From positions 4,836,001 through 4,900,000 of the forward strand of contig OX597839.1 of NCBI GenBank assembly GCA_951406725.2: a DNA stretch of 64,000 bases, in the 5' to 3' direction. Under the pieces are notes generated by a model. That model was not told where the DNA came from and searched no databases. It saw only the letters and a program-made list of their open reading frames with translations. Position numbers and translations under genes: made by a program. This DNA is from Octopus vulgaris. Taxonomy: Eukaryota. Position 1 is the first letter of the stretch; the number at the start of each line of letters is the position of its first letter. Positions 27,515 to 42,472 of the stretch are shown here, piece after piece.

Positions 27515-28650
27515 GACAATTTAGATACCTTTCAGTAAAACATTATAAACATCTTGAACTATTTAGGATTAAAAGTAACGAGAGCTACCAGACTTCGCTT
27601 TCCTCTTGTTTAAATAAACACAATCCTTTTATATACGAAACTTACGTGAAACTAACGTGAATAAATATGGTTGCCATCGTCTTTAAAAATCTAGTTACCG
27701 TTATAAGTAGAAGAATTAACACCCACACTTCCTCGGAACTGACCTCTGATTCAGGCGACACTTGCTATATGAACGATTGACCTAAAAACAGTTCCAAACC
27801 ACACCTATAGTTCTCTCAAGATGGTAATAGACATCATAAAGTGGAGGCGCAATGGCGCAGTGGTTAGGGCAGCGGACTCCCGGTCATAGGATCGCGGTTT
27901 CGATTCCCAGACCGGGCGTTGTGAGTGTTTATTGAGCGAAAACACCTAAAGACACACGAGGCTCCGGCAGGGGATGGTGGCGATCCCTGCTGTACTCTTT
28001 CACCACAACTTTCTCTCACTCTTACTTCCTGTTTCTGTTGTACCTGTATTTCAAAGGGCCGGCCTTGTCACTCTCTGTGTCACACTGAATATCCCCGAGA
28101 ACTACGTTAAAGGTACACGTGTCTGTGGAGTGCTCAGCCACTTACACGTTAATTTCACGAGCAGGCTGTTCCGTTGATTCGGATCAACCGGAACCCTCGT
28201 CCTCGTAACCGACGGAGTGCTTCTCAGACATCATAAAATCCTACACCACTCTATTTTATCTATGAAACTTTTGCAATGCAGCGTTTCTTAAGTTTAGTAA
28301 ACCACGCCTAAAAGCATGTTATTATAACCTGCCGCAAAATAAGCAACTTCATCATCTGCAGTCCATAAGCTGATCAAACTAGATGTTCATGTAGGAAGGC
28401 TGAGACAGGTCCGTTAACCCAGTCGAGCAAGTGCGAGTCGAATCTGTACGAAGTTCAAAATTACCTAAACCATTCCACACCTGTAAAGAAGCAGAAACCC
28501 TATACAGGCATTATTGAGATTATATTCGAGCAATTTTATCCTTACGATTTTTCCTTCAGAACCGTTGATAATTGTACTACATCTCTACGAGACAAACCAC
28601 AATTAGAAACTCAAAGACGTCAACCCAGACGACGCTATCAACTAAAAAAT
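27515..28650 (+). pseudogene. Highly decayed RTE-type LINE RT/C-terminal region, interrupted by SINE B
   Basis: Manual translation across stops and frameshifts gives, in the expected order, LNYLGLKV, VFKNLVTVIS, ELTS, TTLFY/ET, HVGRLRQVR*P and QKPY (cf. RTE GLKIN, FKYLGS, EI..RI, LLYG.ETW, GHV.RM...R.P, KRY). Confidence 0.4.
27841..28225 (+). mobile_element. SINE family B with tail type 3, perfect 12-bp TSD
   Basis: TSD agacatcataaa at 27829-27840 and 28226-28237. Confidence 0.95.
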
Positions 28651-28789
28651 TATAGAATGAAACAGGCCGTATACTAATGCGACGATGTAAAAATTCAAGT
28701 ATGTTAGTGAAACTAAAAGTCTGTTCTTTGGACAAATCTATTTAAATATCGAAACTGATTCCTACACAAGTAGCATATCTCTCGGAGTG

Positions 28790-29570
28790 TTTTTTGAGAG
28801 CTGATGTCTTAATGAGGTGTGCTACCATACGTTCAGCTGCAAAGAGGTTACATGGCTTTCTTATTACCTAGAATAGGCCATGTCTTAGCTAACATATACC
28901 AGTTTACGGGGCACGAGAGGTACTTAGGTTTCAAGTTACAAATAAAGATTCTTTCAGACATGATGTCGTATTTTTCTAAATGATATTTCGGATGTGTGGC
29001 TATGCTGGTAATAGCTTAGCTTAAAATGATTAGAATCAAGAATCGTTTATGCTTTTCAGGATTAGTTAGCTTGTAGTGAGTGTTTGTAAAATATTATTTA
29101 GAGACGCAATTATGATTTAGCGGATAAGCGACGCATTAAGACCGTTGTAATAGATAGCAGGTGTGTAAATGTTCGGTGATTTCAAATAAGAATGGTTGCT
29201 GAAAGTAAACAAATACTGAAAGTTGTGAGTGGTGTAATAGGATTTCTGCTGAAAGTGTTTCGTCTAGTGGTGTGATGCGAAGCGTTTTTTAAGATTAGTT
29301 TAAAGATTTGTTTAAGGAACGGGGAGTCTAAGGTGGATTGAAGCAGGTAATATTTAGAGTTCTAATTCTATTTTAGGGTGGATCTTCCTTATATTTAATC
29401 TCCTCTACAAACCTGCCTCAGCACAGAAGCTCCATTGTATGTTATAAATGAATCTCTGAATTTTGGCTTTTGACTGAACATTTTGATAGTTTATTTGAGT
29501 TGCTGCTTCATATTTTAAGAAATGGTCGAAATTTTGTGGATTTCAAGCAATGTTCAAACAATCGTAAACG
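28790..29570 (-). pseudogene. Decayed Penelope-like element RT-thumb/GIY-YIG coding relic
   Basis: Ordered motifs on the - strand: KFRPFLK, INYQNVQS, NITCFNPP (29354-29331; cf. WFNPP), IFKLI, TFSRN, YPLNHNC, FKLSYYQH (29025-29002), FICNLK, VNWYM (28907-28893), CNLFAAERM (28852-28826). Confidence 0.7.
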
Positions 29571-29967
29571 TCATATCTATACGTGTTCATATGTGTGTAT
29601 ATTTGTGGTAGCTAGTTTGCTTGAATAAATTTGGGCATTGGGTCCCAACGTGTTATGATATCAAGTTACTTGTTGATCAAGTCTACAGCTTCGCTTCTAT
29701 CTTCCTTACTACACCCTGCCGTTTCTCTACATTCTGTTTGGCTCTGTGACACATTCTCGCCAGACACTCATCTCCATGGAAAAATAAATTCATATTTACA
29801 TACTTACCCCGAATATAGCCACTAGTTGAGGTGAAACTTAAATGGGATCGAAACAAGATTAAAAGTATCATCAAGGCTCCAATACAACACTTTAAGCTGC
29901 TGGTCGTGAAAAATATCGTATTCTGAAATTCAAAGAATTGTTTTTCGTGAAAAAATACATAGAAACT

Positions 29968-30013
<46 letters not shown>

Positions 30014-30238
30014 TGTATGTATGTATGTATGTATGTATAGATATATAAGCAAATGTATAAATACATAGCGTCAAGGTTGAAAGAGATGTACAAGAACACA
30101 AATGTAAACTGTAAGGAGCAGTTCATATACGCTCACACACACGTACGGATACATACACACGCACACACGTATACATATATATACACACACATATATATAT
30201 GTATATAAATATATGTACATATATGCGTGGAAGTAAAT

Positions 30239-30276
<38 letters not shown>

Positions 30277-30370
30277 GTGAATATGTGTGCGGGTGCGTGT
30301 GTGTAAGTATGTATGTATAAACATGTACTTACAAACATAGACATATACATATATATGCACACACACACAC

Positions 30371-30505
30371 ACACACAGAGGCACAAACAAGCAACCACAC
30401 ACACACAGAGGCACACACAAGCAAGCACACACACATACACACAGAGGCACACACAAGCAAGCACACACACATACACACAGAGTCACACACAAGCAAGCAC
30501 ACACA
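30371..30505. repeat. Minisatellite, 4 units of (ca)n-gaggcacacacaagcaagc
   Basis: Directly visible ~30-36-bp unit built on a (CA)n background. Confidence 0.85.
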
Positions 30506-31209
30506 CCCATCGCTTGTCTTTGAATATTTTTTTATAAAGAAAACGAAACACTTTTGTATTTGAAGGTATCAGGAAATATATTTGTTTACTTCTTTGATTA
30601 TTTATTTGTTTCTTTTTCTTTTCGGTTCTTCATTTAATGCTAATATAATTTCAGTAGGGTGATTGCAATAAACGTGCATGTTTGCAGAAAACAGATAAGA
30701 TGCGCAGAGAAAATTCAGAAAGTATTTTCTTCCACATCACCACGAGTTGCTGTTTTCCGGAATGTACCGAATAATAATAAAAAGAGAGAGAGGAGAGAGA
30801 GAAAGAGAGAGAGACGTTTTGAAAAATAATAAAGAAATAAGAAAAAGCTAACAAGAAAGTGTATATATGGAAAAAAAAAAGTTCTAAACTTGGAAGCAAT
30901 AAATTATAAGCGAATCAAGATCAATTCAAATTCAAAGACGGAATAGATAAGAGAGTTTTACCTAGGAGAGAATCGTTTGAGGGCAAGAAAGCAACATGGA
31001 GTTGCATATACAAGTATACACATGCTAAAAGATACATAAACACAGCCACACACACACACACACACACACTCGTTCACACACATATATGTATGTATATAAT
31101 TTATATATAGATATATATATATATATATATTTGTATATAGATATATGTATATATGCGTGCTTACACATATATAGCCCCATATATATAAATATACGTACAT
31201 ATATATATA

Positions 31210-31240
<31 letters not shown>

Positions 31241-31323
31241 GTACGTAGACACACTCCCCTGTGTATATGTGTATGATATATGTGTTTGATAACATATACA
31301 TATGTCGATACACACGCACACAC

Positions 31324-31355
<32 letters not shown>

Positions 31356-31465
31356 GTATACATACACACACTTATGTAGGTATAGATATAGATATGCACA
31401 TATGTATATATATATATATATGTATATATATATACGTATATATATATATATATATATATATATAC

Positions 31466-31545
<80 letters not shown>

Positions 31546-31914
31546 ATACATACATACGTATATATGTATATATATATATACATACGTATATATATACATA
31601 TACATGCATATGCACATATCCACGTTGTTTTCCCTCATTCCCATCCTCTTAGAAATTCTATTACCGATCTTGCTGCCATTTTCACGCAACATTGTTCCAG
31701 ATATTCATTTTCTTCTCTTTCTGATCGGTTTTAGTTTCCAGCAAGACAGGGAGAGACGATGAGAGTTAGAGATATGTGGGGAGAGATAGTTACGCGTATG
31801 TAATGCAGCACGTATACGAACACATATGTGAACATGTGCGTATTAAGCCCGCTGGTGTAGAACTCGAGTGATACGAACAAAGGCCTTACATATACACCGA
31901 TGTATTGTGTATAC

Positions 31915-31915
31915 G

Positions 31916-31967
<52 letters not shown>

Positions 31968-32022
31968 CATACATACATATACATATACATACATACATAT
32001 ACATATACATACATACATATAC

Positions 32023-32083
<61 letters not shown>

Positions 32084-32084
32084 C

Positions 32085-32117
<33 letters not shown>

Positions 32118-32260
32118 CATACATATACATATATATATATATATACATATATACATATATATATATATATACATACATATACATATATATATATATATAC
32201 ATATATATATACATACATATACATATATATATATATACATATATATATACATACATATAC

Positions 32261-32307
<47 letters not shown>

Positions 32308-32342
32308 CATATATATACATATATATATATACATATATATAC

Positions 32343-32377
<35 letters not shown>

Positions 32378-32645
32378 CATATATATAAGTATATATATGA
32401 ATATATATATACATATGTATATATATATATACATACATACATATATATATATACATATATATATATATACATATATATAAGTATATATATGAATATATAT
32501 ATATGTATATATATATATTTATATAAATATATACATATATATATATACGCATATACATACGCACGCGCGCACACACATGCACACACATCCATATATACGT
32601 GTCCATATATACACACACACACACACACATATATATATACATATG
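31915..32645. repeat. (TA)n/(TACA)n array
   Basis: Directly visible. Confidence 0.96.
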
Positions 32646-33489
32646 ATAAAATTGAAAATTATGAAATTACTCGAGGTCCGATTGATCTGAATTCCCCGAC
32701 CCCCACCCCACCCCCATCACGATCTCCATTTTGCCATACACATAACAACTTGTGTATATTTCTACAATTAATCGAAATTTCTTTTTCATTATTCGATTAC
32801 TTCATCTTCCTTGTCTTTTATGTATATTTATATTTCATTTAATCTTCATTTTGGATATATATAAGCAGTGGTATTCGTAGAGGAGAGTCGTTCGGCCATA
32901 TTTGTTTTTTCATATGTTTTAAATTTATCTTAAAAAACAAAATGGCTCTTATTCGATGTTTTGTTCTTTGGCGTTTTTATTTAATTGTAAACCGTTACTT
33001 TTTATGATTTTAATTTAACTTTAAAACTTTTTCTTTAGTATTTGTTTGTATATTTGTTGACGTATTTTATATTTTTTTTATTTGATTTTGTCTTGAAGTT
33101 TGTCTTGAAGAGAGAAAAATGTAGAGTGAGTGAGAGAGAGAGAGAGAGAGAGAGAGTGTGTGTGTGTGTTTGTGGGGGGGTACTTTAAGAAGCACGGAAA
33201 CAAAATAATGGATTAAGTATAAGTCGGTAAAAGGAAGGAATTACGGAAAGAGGGAAGGAAAGACGAAGTATATTACGAATGATGAAAGAAAAAGGAAGGA
33301 ATGAGGGTAATAATGAGTGAAAGAGGGAACAAAAAAGAAAAAGGAAGATGAAATTATAATACATATAAAGTTATTGAATACGTAACACTCAATAATTTAA
33401 AAATTCGTCTATACACGAGAACACACAAATTTCAGACAAAAATATCGAAAGCCCACACGAATTAATCTGCACACAGATGCATACATAGC

Positions 33490-33548
<59 letters not shown>

Positions 33549-33685
33549 CACATACACGAATATATACATACATATACAAACAGGCAAAAATAGATATCTG
33601 TGTATAGATATTTTTCTCACGTCTCTATGTATCTACTTATCAATATATGTACTCATAAATATACATATCTGTATATACATATCTG

Positions 33686-33724
<39 letters not shown>

Positions 33725-33789
33725 ATATATGTATAGATAGAGAGATAGATAGTCTCTATTTTCTTTTAGTAACATATTTCTATTATATA

Positions 33790-34640
<851 letters not shown>

Positions 34641-34709
34641 TATGTATATAGATGGATAAGTATATGTATATATGTGTGTATGTAAGTAAGCAAGTATATA
34701 TATGTATGT

Positions 34710-34900
34710 ATGTGTGTTTTTGCGTGTTTTTTGTTACTCACCACCACATGACAACCGGTGTAGTTGTGTTAAAGTTCCCGTAAAGTTAGCAGTTCGCCAA
34801 TTAAGACAGATAAAATAAGTACTGGGGTAGTTGCATTCTACTAAGAATCTTTCAAGATGCTACTCCAGCGTGGCCAGAATCTAAGGACTGAAGCAAGATA
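34710..34900 (+). mobile_element. Old SINE family C 3' half
   Basis: tgacaaccggtg...cccgtaaagttagcagttcg...ctccagcgtggcc...gactgaagcaag. Confidence 0.6.
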
Positions 34901-35019
34901 ACAATTCAAAAATATATAATATTTATATATATATATATATATCAATAAATAAAACATATGCATATATATATACATATATGTACGTACCTACCTCTACATG
35001 TATATATACACGCATATAT

Positions 35020-35390
35020 GAGTACAGGACACCAAAAAAACGTCGAACACAATGAGAAACGAAAACATAGACACAAACCCAAGGAACTGGACATTTTTCT
35101 TAAACAACAAAAAAATAGAGTACAGGACAAATAACACAAGGAAAAAACCCTTCTTCAGTCGCCATGGTTTCATCTACTCTACGTTTCGAAGGTGAAGGCG
35201 AGATGTATCTTCGATAGAAACTTTCCTTCCTGCGAAAAGCAAATCAAATAAAATTTGAGATCCTTTTGCAGAGGTGTAAAAATGTTAACAAAACCAGGAC
35301 AGTAACGACAGTGCAAAATATAAGCAGCAAAAGACAGGACAAGGAAAATAACAAGACAAGAAGGGCTGTTGTGCCGAACGAAAAAATGTA
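35020..35390 (-). mobile_element. Possible PLE-type terminal fragment
   Basis: A-rich island after TA repeats, containing tcttcag and acgtttcg words. No complete fold. Confidence 0.3.
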
Positions 35391-35393
35391 TTA

Positions 35394-35815
35394 CAGGGGT
35401 CGCTATAGTTTTTCGACCATCGACCATCTCTGCATTTCCCAGACTCCATATTTAAAATATCTTAATACCCTACCATGACGTACCATATTTTAAATGCGTA
35501 CCGGGTACTGATGCTGGCAAATAAAATGTTAGCTAAAACACACACGTTCGACAAATTAAGAAACTCTATTGAAGATGACACACTTTATACATTTAAAATT
35601 ACGAGTATACATTATTAAACTTTGTGAAATTGTTTTCACATTAGAAAATGTGAAAAACGCATCATATTGATGGAATATCTTTTATTGAAATTGACAACAT
35701 CAACGTGAGGGATGGGCATGGCGCTGACTAACTATTTCAAGCAGTACATCTGTGTGAGCTGGTCTTTCGCACGCCGACCCCTTGGGTATTCTCGGACCTC
35801 CTTTAGCGACCCCTG
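35394..35815. mobile_element. hAT-type MITE, 422 bp
   Basis: TIRs caggggtcgctatag (35394-35408) / ctttagcgacccctg (35801-35815), 14/15 match. TSD not preserved. Confidence 0.75.
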
Positions 35816-35906
35816 AACTAGCTAGCTAGCTAGATAGATTGAAACACAGACACATTGATCTCTCTTTCTCTCCCCTCTCTCTTTCTCTCTATGTATATAT
35901 ACATAT

Positions 35907-35911
35907 ATCTA

Positions 35912-35999
<88 letters not shown>

Positions 36000-36001
36000 C
36001 A

Positions 36002-36022
<21 letters not shown>
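35907..36022. repeat. (CTAT)n then (CT)n
   Basis: Directly visible. Confidence 0.95.
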
Positions 36023-36037
<15 letters not shown>

Positions 36038-36200
36038 CATATAGGGAGAGAGTGAGAGAAAGAGAGACAGAAACATTTGAAATAACATTTGATATTACTA
36101 TAATATTGTTGTATATATTTGTAAGCGCTCTGTAGCTGTATATACGAGCTATTTCCCAAAATCTATACGCATACGTATATAGATATCCATATATAGCCGT

Positions 36201-36254
<54 letters not shown>

Positions 36255-36589
36255 ACATACATACATACATACATACATAAATACACACACACACACACAG
36301 ACACACACATATATATATATATATAATTTAACTGTGTTATCTAGATGCAAATTGGTTGAAACTTAGTATAAAGAAGGCGAAAGAGAGATGTGCACCGATA
36401 CAGACGTCTCCCACGGTTTCTGTAACCTAATACGTTTAAATGGTTTGTTTCTGGTTACACGTTATAAATTATAAATAATTTCCTCCAGCGTTGAGTAATA
36501 TATCTTCTCTGCGGTAATTGTATGACTATTGTCGATTTGTTTATGTATCTATCTGTCTGCTTCGGTCTCTCTCTCTAGCTACCTATCTC

Positions 36590-36671
<82 letters not shown>

Positions 36672-37173
36672 CATATATATGTACATGCGTGAGAGAGGAG
36701 ATACGAAAGAGAGACCATTTAATATATTTATTGGGTGTTACATTTATTACTCAAAGCAGCTTGAATCGGATTCCGTGCTACCTCGAATTTCGAAGCTCCT
36801 AATGGGGCCTTTCACTTAGGGATGGTGGGGTTTCGAAGATATATAGAAGAGTGTTTGTATGCGCGCGTGCATGTGTTTATGTTCTTTATTCATTCCAAAA
36901 TCGAGTTTCCAGTTTTGACTATGGAGTATGAAAAGATTCAGTAAGTTTTTTGCTACCACCTAAACTATATTTTCATTTACATATTTGCTTACAAAAATTT
37001 AACATTATCATTTTTCTATTAATCATCGTAAACGGCATTTTATATCACCATCACAAGAATGATGATGTCACATATTTTTATATGAGTGCGTTCGCACGTT
37101 TGTTACCTACGTAAGGCCAATGACTGACAAGTACATATGTGTGCCGGTGGTATGTGTCTGTCAGTATATATAC

Positions 37174-37408
37174 GTGGAGGCGCAATGGCCTAGTGGTTAG
37201 GGCAGCGGACTTGCGGTCGGAGGATCGCGGTTTCGATTCCCAGACCGGGCGTTGTGTGTGTTTATTGAGCGAAAAAAAAAACACCTAAAAGCTCCACGAG
37301 GCTCCGGCAGGAGGTGGTGATCCCTGCTGTACTCTTTCACCACTCTAAAGGCGGTGCTCCAGCATGGCCGCAGTCAAATGACTGAAACAAGTACAAAAAA
37401 AAAAAAAA
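37174..37408 (+). mobile_element. Chimeric SINE: family B head plus family C tail plus poly(A)
   Basis: B sequence to ...ctttcaccact (37344), then ctaaaggcggtgctccagcatggccgcagtcaaatgactgaaacaagta and an A-run. Confidence 0.92.
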
Positions 37409-37802
37409 CAAAAACATTTTTTGACGGCTGACACACATACACACACAGCTAATGACAGAGACAGACACATACAGGGACAGATATATGATTCAGGTATGCG
37501 TTAATGTATGCATGTGTGTTTTAGTCTATGTATGTAACTTCCTCCGCCAACAGTGAAACGCGCTGATACTGAAAGTTTAGTTGCGGCCTGGACTTTATAC
37601 GAACAACAAAGTTCGCTTTGATATACTACCAACATCAAGTACTATCAACACCACTCACAATACTCGCAAATATATCTGAAAAAAAATCTGGTTATTATAA
37701 CAAATTCGGAAATGTGGCGAAGTAGAAAGCTTCAACGGCCCTTGCTGTGCTGATTCTGTCCATAAGAGAGGAGCAAATAATACAATGTGCTTATAGGTCT
37801 TA

Positions 37803-37832
37803 ACACCCGGGCAACGCGGGATGCATTGCTAT
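37803..37832 (+). mobile_element. Possible Helitron 3' end
   Basis: GC hairpin cccgggcaacgcggg about 8 nt before gctat (decayed CTAG), followed by (TA)n. Confidence 0.4.
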
Positions 37833-37835
37833 TTG

Positions 37836-37899
<64 letters not shown>

Positions 37900-37901
<2 letters not shown>

Positions 37902-38231
37902 AATAATTGAGTAGTTGAATGAATTATCTTATTATGGATAATTCGGTTAACCGATACCTGGGCAGCAAATTCACGTCAGAAAAACACGGTTGAAGCTACA
38001 TGCCTAGGGCAGAGATCACGTGCTATCGTGTGGAAATTTGTGTGTTTTTTTTAATACAAATAAATGAAAGAATGGAGTTGAACGACGAATTAACAAAATT
38101 CTTTTATTTTATTTTCGACATATGTTTCGAAGGCTGCATATTCCTAATTTCGAAGGAATAAGGGGTGCATTATGCCGCCTTCTCATCAGGAAAAGCAAGG
38201 AATTTATGTCAGCATCAAGATGCACAAACAA

Positions 38232-38233
<2 letters not shown>
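37900..38233 (-). mobile_element. PLE terminal-repeat fragment related to 24603-24750
   Basis: Shares aatggagttgaacga...ttttatt and the hammerhead with 24621-24742. Sits in (TA)n. Confidence 0.75.
38112..38194 (-). ncRNA. Type I minimal hammerhead ribozyme (GUC site)
   Basis: UUUUC-CUGAUGA-GAAGGC-[42 nt incl. UAUUCCU/AGGAAUA hairpin]-GCCUUC-GAAA-C-AUAU-GUC-GAAAA: perfect core, 5-bp stem I, 6-bp stem II, palindromic loop III. Confidence 0.88.
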
Positions 38234-38277
<44 letters not shown>

Positions 38278-38347
38278 TATATGTATAAATATACATCCAT
38301 ATATACATACACACACAAGCGCGCACACACACATATATATACATACA

Positions 38348-38394
<47 letters not shown>

Positions 38395-39554
38395 GAAACA
38401 TGTAATAAAAAGAAAATAGAAACTACACGTGAAAAAGTAAAGGGAAAGTAAGAAGAAAAATAAGCGAAAATGCACAATGGATATCAAAAAGAGTAAAGGC
38501 AGTTTATGAAGAGTAACGATACATATATACAATTAGATGAACTGAGGTAGGAATAAAAGTAATAAATGTCATTATTGTGATTTGTTAAAGAAATTTAAAA
38601 GCATACCGGTTTCGTAAATTTACTAATCATTACTTTGAATGCACATATATATATATACATATATATGCAAATGCATATTTTTGCTTCTGTGCATCACCGT
38701 GTTTGTGTTTTTCCTCAGCCATCGACTGACAACCGAAGTTTTGGGTGGGGGTCTGACAACCCATAACTTACGGGTTCAGCTAAAATACCCGTAGAATATG
38801 TACCAGACTTTAAACAATATCGGTAGTCGGTTTGTTCGATTACACCATTGAACAGTATAGTACGGCATGGCTGAAACTCTATGAAACATAAAATAAAAAA
38901 ATGCTCACATGGTGAAAGAAACCTTAAAGCTTAGCCAGAATATTTCTCGACTCTATAACAGCTTACTCTAGTTATATGGGAGTTGGAGTTGGTGTCCCCA
39001 CCAGAAATATGTACGTTCACATTACTGTCCACCTTTCGTTTGAATCCTCATAAATTACCGTGAGGTAGAATCTACTGCATTTTTACGATACCACCAGCTA
39101 AATGTAAGCTATTTCGTTCATACATGAAACTTGAGTCGCTGCCAAAAAACACATTTGGTGATTGCATATAAAAATATATGTATCGTAACAATAAATTGAG
39201 TACTTTCATTCCCTTTACTTTATCAGTAGGTGAACAGTATATATATGTTCATATACGTACACGAAAATACACACACGGACGAATGTATTCACAAACAAAC
39301 ACACATATACATATATACGTATAAGCATATATATAAGTGTGTGTGTGTATGTGTGTGTGGTGGGGTACATGAGCTTGTGTGTTTACATGCATACGTTATT
39401 CGGCTCTAATGCTAAACAAGTGACTTAAGGACGAAACGTATCTTGCATTGTGCTTATCAAATTTTTGCAATGTGCAGAACAGCAAGCTTCCTTCCCTTCG
39501 GTAACATTTGTGAATTTACTACCGAACATAAATTGTTCGTATACATTCATTCGT

Positions 39555-39924
39555 ATAGCTTGCTAACCAACCACATGGTTCCAGGTTCAGTCCCACTGCG
39601 TGGCATCTTGGGCAAGTGTCTTCTGCGATAGCCACGGGCCGACCAATGCCTTGTGAGTGGATTTGGTAGACGGAAACTGAAAGAAGCCTGTCGTATATAT
39701 GTATATATATATATATGTGTATGTGTGTGTGTTTGTCCCTAGCATTGCTTGAAAACCGATGCTGGTGTGTTTACGTCCCCGTCACTTAGCGGTTCGGCAA
39801 AAGACACCGATAGAATAAGTACTGGGCTTACAAAGAATAAGTCCCGAGGTCGATTTGCTCGACTGAAGGCGGTGCTCCAGCATGGCCGCAGTCAAATGAC
39901 TGAAACAAGTAAAAGAGTAAAGAG

Positions 39925-39926
<2 letters not shown>
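39555..39926 (+). mobile_element. SINE family C, near full length
   Basis: Aligns to 48186-48606. Confidence 0.92.
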
Positions 39927-39965
<39 letters not shown>

Positions 39966-39969
39966 CACA

Positions 39970-40210
39970 CAAATGGGACAAGAACGCAAAACATTCAAAT
40001 AGACGATACAAAAAATACGGACGGGTCATTCGAAGCCTTCACTCTTCAGTCAAGAACCGAATCATCCTCGCAATTTCGACTGATTAATCTTGAGATTGCT
40101 CCAATCTGGCCAGTCCCAATGAAAAACTAAGCTAAGCTCATTAGATTCCTTGGAAAAAAGTTTCGACTGTATATGAAACAAGGACGAAAAACGGACGATG
40201 TTTCACGAAT
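39970..40210 (-). mobile_element. Second copy of the 33790-34330 repeat
   Basis: Shared blocks as listed for 33790-34330; between TA runs. Confidence 0.55.
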
Positions 40211-40244
40211 ATGAATATAAAAATTATATATATATATATAAATA

Positions 40245-40408
40245 TAGCGTAGGAGTGGCTGTGTGGAAAGTAGCTTGCTTACCGACCACATGGTTGCGGG
40301 TTCAGTCTCACTGCGTGGCACCTTGGGCGTCTTCTACTATAGCCTCGGGCCCATCAAAGCCTTGTGAGTGGATTCGGTGGACGGAAACTGAAAGAAGCCC
40401 GTCGTATA

Positions 40409-40445
<37 letters not shown>

Positions 40446-40648
40446 GTGTTTGTGTGTCTGTGTTTGTCCCCCCCCCCCAACATCGCTTGACAACAGATGC
40501 TGGTGTGTTTACGTTCCCGTAACTTAGCGGTTCGGTAAAAGAGACCGATAGAATAAGCACTAGGCTTATAAAGAATAAGTCCTGGGGGTCGATTTCCTCG
40601 ACTAAAGCCTGTGACTGAAACAAGTAAAAGAGTAAAAGAGTAAAGAGT
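40245..40648 (+). mobile_element. SINE family C with a deletion in the tail
   Basis: gcgtaggagtggctgtgtgg...tgactgaaacaagtaaaagagtaaaagag. Confidence 0.92.
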
Positions 40649-40650
40649 AT

Positions 40651-40695
<45 letters not shown>

Positions 40696-41540
40696 TATAT
40701 AGATATAGGCAGAAAGAAAGACGTGTAGACAGATGGACGGGGGTGACGGATATATGTATAGACAGAAGGAATTTACAAGAAATAACTTTAACGTTATTGC
40801 GTCGTTTCGGCTTATTTGACTTCATCAGATTGGTGTAAGCCTGCCAACTCGTAATTTCACTGTAGCTTTGAAATGCTGCAGAGAAAAATATGGAGTGATC
40901 CGCCAATTGCCATATAATGTGCATAGATTGAATAATGGGGTCAGTATATGATAAGTAGAGAGATATTAGCTTCCTAAAATTTTGACTTAATTTTCGAAGT
41001 TCTGACTTGCGTTTAACGTTATATAACCCAGCTACTATATGGCTTCTACATCATAAACCGGTTTATATATATGCATATATCTGTGTGTGTACATGTGTGA
41101 TTTATAAATATGTAAGTACGTATGATATAAGTACACATGTATCAATGAATGTAGATATACATATGCATATATTTCTAAATGCCCACACACAAAGACAAAA
41201 CTGAATTTATCTTCAAAACGTAAAATAATCGGGAGATCATCGTATCAAGAATAACTTAATATTATTTTCTACATTTATTTGCATTACCACATAGGCATAT
41301 TTACTAAATATTTACAGTAATGTGTTTGTCCTATATATTCTCAACGTATTTGATCATATATGAATGTCTGTCTCTGTAACATCAATGGCTGATTATGCGA
41401 ATATGCATATAAGGATAAAAAGTCATACATACTTTTTTAAACCTGCATACGAAATAAGAATAGATATTTATATATATATATATTTATGTATCAGTATGTG
41501 TGGATACATATATATGTATACGTAATAGCTACGTGATTTT

Positions 41541-41830
<290 letters not shown>

Positions 41831-42017
41831 ATACGCACACATATGTATAAATAGCTACTTGATGTAGGAAACACATATGCATATATACATATATGTGCAC
41901 AAGCGCAATTATGTACAATAGAATGACAAATACAGATATTAATATGTCTATATGTACGCGAACGTGCTTGCATGTTGGTGTATATGGCTATATGCATATA
42001 TATTACATACACAAGCC

Positions 42018-42056
<39 letters not shown>

Positions 42057-42100
42057 CGATACACACATATGCATCTTTTGTATATTTATGCATACATATG

Positions 42101-42148
<48 letters not shown>

Positions 42149-42424
42149 TACATACACATATAATATACATACATACAAATTATACTTATACATATATATA
42201 TACATATCCATTTACGTATATTCATATATATATATATATGCACACATTGATATATATATATAGATGTATACTTATATATATATATATCAATATATACGTA
42301 TTTTATATATATACATATATATATATATATATTGGACATACATATCATATATATATTTATATATACATATGTATATATATATATATATGTGTACACACAC
42401 ACACGCACACACACATACACACTC

Positions 42425-42472
<48 letters not shown>

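Noticed and set aside
35140-35215. Possible permuted (type II) hammerhead on the - strand
   Set aside because: Stem I strands are not complementary and the stem II register is off.
40793-40835. CTGATGA...CGAAAC on the - strand
   Set aside because: Stem II does not pair and the site reads GCA; at best a dead relic.
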